DNA of 64,000 bases from an uncultured Candidatus Saccharibacteria bacterium (GCA_963529335.1 CAURZF010000002.1:38339-102338), one strand, 5' to 3'. Shown: positions 1 through 7,684, numbered from the stretch's first letter. The notes: generated by a model not told the origin, from the letters alone. Program-made: numbers and translations.

Positions 1-82
1 CCCGCGATACGTAAGCGTCAGGTACGCAAACCAAGACGCCCGCCCTACCGTACATAGATTGGCTAATAGCTGCGTCAGTCAT
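1..82 (-). CDS. 5' end of an unidentified CDS truncated by the window edge
   Basis: An ATG at 80-82 (minus) opens a frame that stays open to base 1 (MTDAAISQSMYGRAGVLVCVPDAYVSR...). A promoter-like pair TTGCAC (196-191), 18 nt, TATGAT (172-167) lies upstream. It is too short to identify and is absent from the ORF track because it is truncated. Confidence 0.3.
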   Translation of the reverse strand, partial: MTDAAISQSMYGRAGVLVCVPDAYVSR

Positions 83-229
83 GACTACCCTACTTTCTTT
101 TGTTATTTTACGCGGTGGTGTTTGTTTTGACTCGAGATTCTTATCTCTTGCCTTGCCACTAGCTTTATCATACAACGTTTCATCATGCTTGTGCAATACC
201 TTTTTTACTAAAAATGATAACTTCTTTAC

Positions 230-296
230 TTTTCCACAAAAACGTGGAAAACTATAGCGTTTCAACAAGCAAATAGACGCTATATCTAGCGTCTAT
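230..296 (-). terminator. Two hairpins downstream of the yvcK-like gene (possible terminator)
   Basis: The hairpins are ATAGACGCTA-tatc-TAGCGTCTAT (273-296) and TTTTCCAC-aaaaac-GTGGAAAA (230-251). The U-tracts are weak, so termination is plausible but not proven. Confidence 0.4.
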
Positions 297-324
297 AGAG
301 GTCAGCCATGACAGAAAACGCTGC

Positions 325-1332
325 TTATGCAAAATATATCCGCATCAGCTGGCGTGCTACTGCGTCAGGGTCGTGCCGGATAAAACTGCGTACCGCTGCA
401 ATCGGATCGCTCGACTGGGCGCCCGACCAAACTTTCTTTGCTAGAATGCTAGCACCGCGGAATTCGTAGTGCTGGCGTTTTAGCTCGCTGATATCATATT
501 GCACCACATGCTCACCGTCATGAGCATACTTATCCATTAGTTCTGCCGATGGCTGATCAGTGTTAAAAACTACATAGTCAAGGAATTCACTGCCTGCCAA
601 ACGCTCAATCTCGCTAGCAAAATCCACCACGCTCAAATTATCAGTCGGACCAGGCTTAGTAACCAAATTACAGACAAAGACACACTTCGCCGATGTCGCC
701 GCTAGCGCCTCCTGAATTTCTCGAATCACCAGCGCCGGAGCTAAACTGCCATACAGATTGCCCGGTGCAATCACCACCATGTCAGCCTCCAGGATCGCCT
801 GGACAGCTGCTGGGTGCGCTACTGCCTCTGGCTCTAGCCATACCTTCGGCTGCTTAGATATATCGGCATGTGCGATCTTGAATTGCCCTTTGATCGGCTC
901 GCCCGAAGCGCTCTCGACGCACAGCGTAATATCGGTTAGAGTTGTCGGGATTACTCTACCTTGAATATTTAGAACTTGGCTAGCCAGCTGCACCGCCTCG
1001 CCAAAGCTGCCAGTCATTTTCTCGAGTGCTGTCAAAAACAGATTACCGAAAGCATGCCCCTTCAAACTACCATCGTCAAAACGATAATTAAACAAATCGC
1101 GCACCCGCGGGCTATCGCTCAGCGCTACTAAGCATTGCCGCACATCGCCCGGCGGCAGCACGCCAAGTTCGTCGCGCAGCTGTCCCGTTGATCCGCCATC
1201 ATCTGCCATATTGACCAGCGCTGTCAAATCAGACACGTATTTTTTGAGACCTGTTAGCAGCGTGAAGCTGCCAGTGCCGCCTCCGATAACTACAATTTTT
1301 GCTCCGCTGTCGCCATGTTCTTCGCTCATCAT
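325..1332 (-). CDS. yvcK: YvcK/CofD-family (UPF0052) gluconeogenesis-factor-like protein
   Basis: 335-aa ORF. The N-terminal VVIGGGTGSFTLLTGLK and MADDGGSTGQLRDELGVLPPGDVRQC blocks are signatures of the family. Its ATG overlaps the upstream stop (ATGA at 1329-1332). Confidence 0.88.
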   Translation of the reverse strand: MMSEEHGDSGAKIVVIGGGTGSFTLLTGLKKYVSDLTALVNMADDGGSTGQLRDELGVLPPGDVRQCLVALSDSPRVRDLFNYRFDDGSLKGHAFGNLFLTALEKMTGSFGEAVQLASQVLNIQGRVIPTTLTDITLCVESASGEPIKGQFKIAHADISKQPKVWLEPEAVAHPAAVQAILEADMVVIAPGNLYGSLAPALVIREIQEALAATSAKCVFVCNLVTKPGPTDNLSVVDFASEIERLAGSEFLDYVVFNTDQPSAELMDKYAHDGEHVVQYDISELKRQHYEFRGASILAKKVWSGAQSSDPIAAVRSFIRHDPDAVARQLMRIYFA

Positions 1333-2336
1333 TCCCCTTCTGGCGTATTCACTCCGCTATCGCCGCGCAGTTCCTTCTTGCCTTTTAATTCATACTTGAT
1401 ACCAGTCATATCGCTAGTCATATAGTCGTCGTTGAGCAGATTAACAAACTTCGCCGCATCCTTGGCATCCATGATAATAATCTCGCCCGTCGCATCGTCC
1501 GTCATTAGTTCCAAGCCCATCTCATCGGCTTGCTCAACAACCTGATCCTGCGTCACCAGACCGACGTCGACTTTTTGCAGCTTAGTTACTAACGATTTAG
1601 TATCGCGCACTAACGCATCGAAAGTCATACCTTCAGGGAACTTTAACTTGAAATTTTTCTCGATTTCAGCAATTTTTTCCTCGGCAACAGCGAACTGTTT
1701 AGCGTCGTAACCAAACAAACGGATGAATTTCGACTCGTTAAAGGCAAAGATATCACCGCCGGCAATCAACACTTGATTGTCTGGCGTGATTTTCAGGCCG
1801 ACATCAGCACTGAACGGTTGAAACGAATCGCCGTTATACATCCAAGCGGTTGCACCTTTAAGCACTTGCGACTGCGGCAAAATCTTGGCGACAAAAAACG
1901 GCTCGGCACCCTGGCGGCTGAAACGCGCTACGATTCCCTTGACCTTCTTGAATTCATGGTCGCCTTCGCGGAACACCTCTAGCGTTTCCTCGCCGTAGCG
2001 AATCTGCTCAATCACCTCTTGCGCGTGATCTACCCGGTCCAAGGTAGTACGCTCCAACACATTATCCTCAGCAGCGGCCGCTTCAAAGTCGCGCACTGTC
2101 ATGCCAGTGGCAGCACCAGTTTGCACCTGGCTAATCATGTCGTAAAGGAATAATACCTTGAGCTGCGCCTTGAGCTCCTTGGCGTAATTAGTGGCGTAGA
2201 CAGTGTAGCCCTTCGTAAATAGAAATAAGTCGATTTCGAGCTCGTCCTTATGCGCATCAGCTTGATTCGCCCAGAGGAAAATATCAGTCGGCTCTGGCGG
2301 CTGGTCATCAGCCGGTATTGATTGGTCATTATTCAT
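1329..2336 (-). CDS. Hypothetical protein, possibly DUF4868 / KwaB-like
   Basis: I moved the start to the ATG at 2334-2336 (MNNDQSIPADD...), because the longer ORF would run into the helicase gene. TAGAAT (2349-2344) lies 7 nt upstream. I see no catalytic motifs. The overall pattern (FFVAKILPQSQVLKG ... DIFAFNESKFIRLFGY ... NLLNDDYMTSDMTGIKYELKGK) recalls DUF4868. That call is from memory and was not searched. Confidence 0.75.
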   Translation of the reverse strand: MNNDQSIPADDQPPEPTDIFLWANQADAHKDELEIDLFLFTKGYTVYATNYAKELKAQLKVLFLYDMISQVQTGAATGMTVRDFEAAAAEDNVLERTTLDRVDHAQEVIEQIRYGEETLEVFREGDHEFKKVKGIVARFSRQGAEPFFVAKILPQSQVLKGATAWMYNGDSFQPFSADVGLKITPDNQVLIAGGDIFAFNESKFIRLFGYDAKQFAVAEEKIAEIEKNFKLKFPEGMTFDALVRDTKSLVTKLQKVDVGLVTQDQVVEQADEMGLELMTDDATGEIIIMDAKDAAKFVNLLNDDYMTSDMTGIKYELKGKKELRGDSGVNTPEGE

Positions 2337-2373
2337 GATATATATTCTACTACAATTATTAGACGCTATTCTA

Positions 2374-3909
2374 CTATTGCACGGCATCTTCGCCAAAATG
2401 TTTTTGCAAACGCATTTTGATTGAACCGTGATGGCGGCCAAGTTTCTGGCTCATCGCAGCAATACTTTCGCCGTTAATGAACATTTGGCGCAATTCATCG
2501 TCATCAGCCTTAATCCATGGTTTATAAGCATTAGGATAAGTCTGGCGCATTTTAGCAATTTTAGCCGACCAGCTAGAATTAGTACTGTTCACTTTTTTGG
2601 CGGGCGTAAGTTCGCCGGATGCGCGTTTGTCAGCTTTTGGCTGTAAGTGCGCGAACTTTTTAGCATCATCTGCCGCCCGCGCGCGCAGCTGCTTGTCAAT
2701 AGCATAGGCTTCGTCGCTCATCTGCAAAGCCATGCGGTTAATACCCGTCAAATACAAATTATCAATATCGCGCACCCGGCTAAGCGCCACATAGCCCATG
2801 CCCGGCACAAAGGCTTTGCGGAGGTCAATTCGCGCACTATCCAGCGTCATGCCTTGGCTTTTGTGGACAGTAATCGCCCACGCTAAACGCAGCGGAACTT
2901 GGCTAATGCTAGCTCGTTTGCGCGTCCCATCGCGCAACTCCCAAGTATCAGGCTGCATAGTCACCGTCCGGCCATTACGAAACTCCACTACCGGATAATC
3001 CGTCGCTGGCTCGAAATCGACCACCATGCCGATACTGCCATTAGCATAACGCCGCGCCTGATCGTTTTTGACCGCCATCACTAATGCGCCTATTTTAAGG
3101 GTCAGTACCTCTGGCGCTAGTACGCTACGCTGCAAATTATCAACGTAGTTGTTACTACCAGTAGTGTGGCGTTGATACAACACCTCGTCGCCCGGCAATT
3201 CAGCCAGCCTGGCTTGATTAATTCTATCGACGTCAACATTCACAGTATGCAATTCTGTCAGATCTGCTCCGGCTGGCGGTTGATATTCGGTCCGCTCTAA
3301 CAGCTGCTCGGCGTGGCGGCGGCGCAAATCGCCAGCCCGCATCGCCGTCAAGATTTCTAGCAGCGTATCGCCGTCGCGCTGGCGAAACTGCTCGCTCAGA
3401 TACAATACCGTCGGATCAAGCTCGCGCCACGCCGATGAATTCACTACGAACCCGCCCTCGCGGCCTTGCGCTCGATTAACTGGCGGCAGCTGAAAGAAGT
3501 CGCCAGACAGTACCACTTGAATGCCGCCGAACGGCTCGTCGACTCTCTTGCGTACTAAACGGCAAACTTCATCAACCATGTCCAAGCGGTAATCGTGCAA
3601 CATGCTAATCTCATCAATAATCAAGACATCGGTTTTTTCGATAATTTCGCGGCGGCTTTTGCTGACATGCTCGGCAAAACCATTCGGCAGGCGGTCGCTA
3701 ACGCCAATTCCCGCCCAAGCGTGGATCGTCGCGCCGCCCAGATGCGTTGCCGCCAGCCCGGTCGTCGCTGTCACCGAGACATACTTGCCGCTAGCCTTGC
3801 TCAAGTTGATGAATTGATTCAGCACGAAAGTCTTACCCGTTCCTGCCGGGCCGGTCAGCAGTGCGCTTTCGCCGCTCAATAATATTTCTAAGGCTAAATC
3901 TTGCTTCAC
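2374..3909 (-). CDS. Pif1/RecD-like SF1B DNA helicase with C-terminal helix-turn-helix tail
   Basis: It has Walker A LLTGPAGTGKT, Walker B LIIDEISML, and the late helicase motifs WAITVHKSQGMTLD and GMGYVALSRV. The C-terminal tail (DDDELRQMFINGESIAAMSQKLGRHHGSIKMRLQKH) is typical of bacterial Pif1-like proteins. It uses a GTG start, with TATAAT 7 nt upstream. Confidence 0.85.
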   Translation of the reverse strand: MKQDLALEILLSGESALLTGPAGTGKTFVLNQFINLSKASGKYVSVTATTGLAATHLGGATIHAWAGIGVSDRLPNGFAEHVSKSRREIIEKTDVLIIDEISMLHDYRLDMVDEVCRLVRKRVDEPFGGIQVVLSGDFFQLPPVNRAQGREGGFVVNSSAWRELDPTVLYLSEQFRQRDGDTLLEILTAMRAGDLRRRHAEQLLERTEYQPPAGADLTELHTVNVDVDRINQARLAELPGDEVLYQRHTTGSNNYVDNLQRSVLAPEVLTLKIGALVMAVKNDQARRYANGSIGMVVDFEPATDYPVVEFRNGRTVTMQPDTWELRDGTRKRASISQVPLRLAWAITVHKSQGMTLDSARIDLRKAFVPGMGYVALSRVRDIDNLYLTGINRMALQMSDEAYAIDKQLRARAADDAKKFAHLQPKADKRASGELTPAKKVNSTNSSWSAKIAKMRQTYPNAYKPWIKADDDELRQMFINGESIAAMSQKLGRHHGSIKMRLQKHFGEDAVQ

Positions 3910-3939
3910 TACCCTTATTATACAACTTAAGACGCGGGA

Positions 3940-4935
3940 CTACTTATCCCAAGCAAAGCCGTTACCAAAATGGCCGTAGCGCGCTGTTGGTTCGTATTGC
4001 GGACGAGCCAGCTGCAGCGTATCAATAATACCCGCTGGACTAAGGTCATAACCTGCGATTGGCTTCTCAACGCCGTCAACTACCGCTGTAGCCTCAACTG
4101 GTTGGTCGTGGCCGATTGCGTACGCCAAGCGCACCAACACTTCCTGAGCTGCAAACTTTTTAAGATAATCAACTGCGACCCGCCGCGCCATATAGGCACC
4201 GCTGCGATCGACCTTAGTGGCGTCCTTGCCGCTAAACGCCCCGCCGCCTAGCGGAATCCGCGGGCCATAATTATCAACTGCTAATTTGCGCCCGGTCAAA
4301 CCAGCGTCCGCCGCGAAACCGCCAATTTGCCAATCGCCTGCCGGATTTATATGCAGAGAAATACCATCAAAATCACCTGCCACATATTTTTGCTGCGCAA
4401 ACCACTGCCGCACTGCAACCTCCAGCTCGTCGTGCGGCGCATTCTGGAAGCTAGCGACAATCGCCGCAATCTGGCCGCCATAAGTCGTCACCTGCGTTTT
4501 GCCGTCATACGGCCATTTCTCATACAAAAAGCGATTCAAGGCCCGCGCCAAAGCATACTCTAGCGGCAATAATTCTGGTGTCTCAGCGCAAGCATAACCA
4601 ATCATTACCCCTTGATCGCCAGCACCGCCCGCGTCCACACCCTGAGCAATCTCTGGGCTCTGGCGTGCAATCCGCTCAATAATTTCCACGTCGTCGCCAG
4701 CCAGCCGCCGCGCAATCTGCTTGACGTCAACTAGCTCGCTCGACGATACTTCGCCAGTTAGAAACAGTGCGCCATGGCCGCCGCAAGCTTCAATCGCCAC
4801 TCGGGCTTGCGGGTCTTTGGCAAGATACGCGTCCAGAATAGCGTCGCTGATTTGGTCGCAAATCTTGTCCGGATGTTTCGGCGAAACGCTCTCAGCCGTA
4901 CGATATACTGCTTGATTGTTAGGTTCTACAGACAT
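3940..4935 (-). CDS. metK: S-adenosylmethionine synthetase (compact form)
   Basis: It carries the MetK signature blocks SPKHPDKICDQISDAILD, GAGDQGVMIGYA, GLTGRKLAVDNYG and GGGAFSGKDATKVDRSGAYMAR. It lies directly downstream of a SAM-I riboswitch. Confidence 0.95.
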   Translation of the reverse strand: MSVEPNNQAVYRTAESVSPKHPDKICDQISDAILDAYLAKDPQARVAIEACGGHGALFLTGEVSSSELVDVKQIARRLAGDDVEIIERIARQSPEIAQGVDAGGAGDQGVMIGYACAETPELLPLEYALARALNRFLYEKWPYDGKTQVTTYGGQIAAIVASFQNAPHDELEVAVRQWFAQQKYVAGDFDGISLHINPAGDWQIGGFAADAGLTGRKLAVDNYGPRIPLGGGAFSGKDATKVDRSGAYMARRVAVDYLKKFAAQEVLVRLAYAIGHDQPVEATAVVDGVEKPIAGYDLSPAGIIDTLQLARPQYEPTARYGHFGNGFAWDK

Positions 4936-4936
4936 A

Positions 4937-5090
4937 AAAACTCCTTTCTATCTGCCCCGCTACAAGGCCAAGAAAGGAACTGCAAAGACAATATCTCTCC
5001 TGGTCAAGCAGGCTGGAATTAGCACCTTGCTGCAAAGGCAGGTTGCCGGCGAGTCATCAGGCCAGTCCCTCGTCGCACTCTGGATATTAA
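4937..5090 (-). promoter_or_regulatory. SAM-I (S-box) riboswitch with SD-sequestering expression platform
   Basis: The minus-strand RNA AUAUCCAGAGUGCGACGAGGGACUGGCCUGAUGACUCGCCGGCAACCUGCCUUUGCAGCAAGGUGCUAAUUCCAGCCUGCUUGACCAGGAGAGAUAU (about 5087-4991) matches the conserved SAM-I core: GAGGGAcuGGCC..AUGA..GGCAACC..AGGUGCUAAUUCCAGC..AGAGAUAU closing P1. Downstream, UUCCUUUCU (4979-4971) can pair with the SD AGAAAGGAG (4949-4941). Confidence 0.9.
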
Positions 5091-5164
5091 ATTATTAATA
5101 AGTCCATTATAACACGCTTCATCCCGCCAAATCTAGATCGATAGCAAACCAACCAAGACTCTCG

Positions 5165-5584
5165 CTATAGACGAACGCCAGCCCGCGCTTTGTTTGCCCA
5201 CTCATCCGCTAGCTCGTTCTGCTCGTGGCCGACGTGGCCGCGCACCCAAACCAGCTTCGGTTGCGTCGATTGGTAAAGCGCATAAGCTTGCTGCACGAGA
5301 TCAAGATTCTTAATTTCGCCGCCTTTTTTACGCCAACCTTTAGCAGCCCAGCCTGGCGCCCACTTGGTCAACACATTGATCCAAAATTCGCTATCGCTAT
5401 GAATTTCGCACGGCTCATCGCCAGCTAATTCCATAGCCGCAATCAGCGCCAGACCTTCCATACGAATATTCGTCGTCTGGTCGTCTTCGCTACCCAAAGC
5501 TACCGGCTGGCCGTTTTCAATTACCGCATAACCGCCTGGACCCGGATTTGGGCTAGCACTACCGTCTGTAAAAAATACTCTCAC
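5165..5584 (-). CDS. rnhA: Ribonuclease HI
   Basis: It has the RNase H type 1 blocks FTDGSASPNPGPGGYA, TNIRMEGLALIAA, IHSDSEF and GHVGHEQNELADEWA. I chose the GTG at 5582-5584, preceded by AGGAAAG, because the longer ORF overlaps the upstream gene. The start is uncertain. Confidence 0.85.
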   Translation of the reverse strand: MRVFFTDGSASPNPGPGGYAVIENGQPVALGSEDDQTTNIRMEGLALIAAMELAGDEPCEIHSDSEFWINVLTKWAPGWAAKGWRKKGGEIKNLDLVQQAYALYQSTQPKLVWVRGHVGHEQNELADEWANKARAGVRL

Positions 5585-5598
5585 TTCTTTCCTGCTTT

Positions 5599-6189
5599 CT
5601 AAATATCGCGGACTGGCCGCAGCAGCTTCAGCTCGTCTGGCATATACCACTTGTTGCCGCGATTATCTTGTTCATATTTATACTCTATCATGTGATCAGC
5701 CTGAAAATAGTCGCCCGTACCAACAATCTTGTACTGAATATACATTTTGCGTACTGAATCGCTCTGCGGCATCGGCCCGCGATACAAACGCAGCTCAAAA
5801 ATCTCGCCTGGCTTGAGAAATTTATTCAAGTCACCTCGCTGCCCTAATATCTCATATTTATCAAGCTCCACGTCAAAGCTCGCGTGGTTGCGAATATGCG
5901 CCCACACCTCGAGGTACTTATTATCGCCCGACGGATGCGCCTCGGTGCGCTCAACTTCTATCTCGGGAATCACTTTTTGCCCGTTGGCCGAGTGATATTG
6001 ATCGGGCTGAGGCTTACTGTCTGACTTCCTAGTATCTGCAGCAACCCCTGAAGTGTCTTTATCGAAGTTATTTTCGTCCCTACTGCCGCGATTATCTTGC
6101 GGCGAGACCATATCATTATTATTAAGACGCGCCAAATATTCGTCATCACCATCCGGCTCGCCAAAAATTAAATCACGCAACCATCCCAT
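5599..6189 (-). CDS. Hypothetical protein (disordered N-terminus plus about 115-aa beta-rich C-terminal domain)
   Basis: 196-aa ORF. TACAAT (6201-6196) lies 6 nt before the ATG, a leaderless layout. I recognised no motif. It sits immediately upstream of rnhA. Confidence 0.65.
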   Translation of the reverse strand: MGWLRDLIFGEPDGDDEYLARLNNNDMVSPQDNRGSRDENNFDKDTSGVAADTRKSDSKPQPDQYHSANGQKVIPEIEVERTEAHPSGDNKYLEVWAHIRNHASFDVELDKYEILGQRGDLNKFLKPGEIFELRLYRGPMPQSDSVRKMYIQYKIVGTGDYFQADHMIEYKYEQDNRGNKWYMPDELKLLRPVRDI

Positions 6190-6221
6190 ACATCTATTGT
6201 ACCGTATTTAGACAAAGCTAC

Positions 6222-6260
6222 ACATACGCTATATATAGTGGCACTATATATAGCGTATGT
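6222..6260. repeat. 39-bp perfect palindrome in a divergent promoter region
   Basis: The sequence is ACATACGCTATATATAGTG-g-CACTATATATAGCGTATGT: 19-nt arms that are exact reverse complements around one central base. Confidence 0.95.
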
Positions 6261-6323
6261 ACTGCCGTGGAAAAATCAGGGAAATCTTCGAGGCACGCTA
6301 GACTACTGTTATTTTACTTATGT

Positions 6324-6350
6324 TTGGCACTCTTGACACGCGAGTGCCAA
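6324..6350 (+). promoter_or_regulatory. CIRCE-like inverted repeat (putative HrcA operator)
   Basis: TTGGCACTC-N9-GAGTGCCAA compares with the CIRCE consensus TTAGCACTC-N9-GAGTGCTAA. The only change is a symmetric A-to-G / T-to-C substitution in both arms. It lies 62 nt upstream of the hsp20 start. Confidence 0.8.
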
Positions 6351-6361
6351 CCAATTACAAT
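6333..6361 (+). promoter_or_regulatory. Sigma70-type promoter of hsp20
   Basis: TTGACA (6333-6338), 17 nt, TACAAT (6356-6361). The -35 box sits in the CIRCE spacer, and the right CIRCE arm fills the promoter spacer. Confidence 0.75.
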
Positions 6362-6411
6362 AAAATATAGAGCAAAAGCTCGCCAAATCATAAACGAAAG
6401 GAGTAATACAA

Positions 6412-6852
6412 ATGAGTAAACTCGTTCGATTCGACCCGTTTGCCGAAATGGATGCCCTGCAGCGCCATTTCTTTAATGACGACAACTGGATGCCGCGCCA
6501 AGTGCGCTCGGTTGGCCTGCCTACCACTGATGTTTACATGAAAGATAACGCGCTAGTCGTCGAGGTTCACCTGCCGAAATTCGATGAAGACGACGTCAAT
6601 ATTTCTGTCGAAAACGGCAACTTGGTTATCCAAGCCCAACGGCACGAAAAAGAAGAAGACAAAGAAAAGAAGTACGTCGTACGCGAGTCAAGCAGCAGCT
6701 TCTACCGCAGCGTCCAGCTGCCAGAGCGCGCTGACGCCGATGCTATCGAAGCACACCTGGACGATGGCGTCCTGAAAGTCACCGTGCCAGTCACGCCAGC
6801 GCCAGAGCCAAAGAAAATTACCGTCAAATCACGCGGCAAGAAGAAAGAGTAA
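6412..6852 (+). CDS. hsp20: Hsp20/alpha-crystallin family small heat-shock protein
   Basis: It has an alpha-crystallin domain pattern (DVYMKDNALVVEVHLPKFDEDDVNISVENGNLVIQAQR ... FYRSVQLPERADADAIEAHLDDGVLKVTVP). An AAAGGAG SD lies 8 nt upstream. Confidence 0.95.
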   Translation: MSKLVRFDPFAEMDALQRHFFNDDNWMPRQVRSVGLPTTDVYMKDNALVVEVHLPKFDEDDVNISVENGNLVIQAQRHEKEEDKEKKYVVRESSSSFYRSVQLPERADADAIEAHLDDGVLKVTVPVTPAPEPKKITVKSRGKKKE

Positions 6853-6877
6853 GCCTTTCTCAGCTTTGGCCGTCAAG

Positions 6878-6906
6878 AAGGCCTCGGGATTACCCGAGGC
6901 CTTTTG
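6878..6906 (+). terminator. Intrinsic terminator of hsp20
   Basis: The hairpin AAGGCCTCGGG-atta-CCCGAGGCCTT is followed by TTT. Confidence 0.8.
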
Positions 6907-6946
6907 CTAATAACGAAATTCCGTAGTCTAGCTAGAAAGCGTCAAA

Positions 6947-7684
6947 CTATTCCGCGTATTTTTCAACGAACCGCCGCAACATCTTGACCGGCTCGGTTAC
7001 CAATTCTGATTCGCGGTACGCTGCATCGATCAGATCTTGAGCCTCCTCCGGCGCGAAATAGCCGGCATGCTTATAGATATTAATCCGCAGAGCCAAGCCA
7101 TCAGCATCAAGCTCAGGATGGAATTGCGCCGCATAAACATTTTTCCCGGCGCGCAGCAATTGTATACAGGTCTCAGAACGTGCTAGCACCACGCTGTTCG
7201 GCGGCGCCGTATCGGTGCCCTCTTTATGCCCGACGAAGCCGCGAAAACTAGCTGGCAAGCCAGCCAGCAGCGGATCGTCCTGCGCCTCCGGCGTCAAATT
7301 TATATCCACCGCGCAAACCGGCTCACCATGATCGAAATCCGTCCGACCACCCAGCGCCGTTACCAGCGCCCCCACACTCAAGCAAGTGCCTAAAAATGGC
7401 TTATCCTCGGCTGCAATCCGGCGAAGCAGCGGCATGATATAATCTTCAAACTGCAATTGTTCCGGCGATTTTTCCTCTGGCGGATAAGCAAAATTAGCCG
7501 GCCCGCCGCCCATAAAAATACCGCTATAATCATCCAAATTAACTGGCGAAAACTCGCCGCGGTCAAGTCGCAAGCGCTGCAACTGCTCCGGCCGCAAACC
7601 GCCAAATTTCAAAAAAGCTGCATATTCGTCGTCAGACGCTTCGTCCTCGGGACGGGATTGTAAAAGAAGAAAAGGTTTTGTCAT
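6947..7684 (-). CDS. Class I glutamine amidotransferase-like protein
   Basis: GATase1 pattern: the nucleophile-elbow region FLGTCLSVGAL and a C-terminal AAQFHPELD with the His-Glu pair. TGTTACACT (an extended -10) lies 6 nt before the ATG. Confidence 0.8.
   Translation of the reverse strand: MTKPFLLLQSRPEDEASDDEYAAFLKFGGLRPEQLQRLRLDRGEFSPVNLDDYSGIFMGGGPANFAYPPEEKSPEQLQFEDYIMPLLRRIAAEDKPFLGTCLSVGALVTALGGRTDFDHGEPVCAVDINLTPEAQDDPLLAGLPASFRGFVGHKEGTDTAPPNSVVLARSETCIQLLRAGKNVYAAQFHPELDADGLALRINIYKHAGYFAPEEAQDLIDAAYRESELVTEPVKMLRRFVEKYAE

Noticed and set aside
80-256. 58-codon plus-strand ORF (MTTLLSFVILRGGVCFDS...) in the yvcK-downstream intergenic region
   Set aside because: It has no SD or -10 box at its start. 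It overlaps the divergent ATG at 80-82 and the promoter and terminator elements of the minus strand. It is probably a chance ORF.
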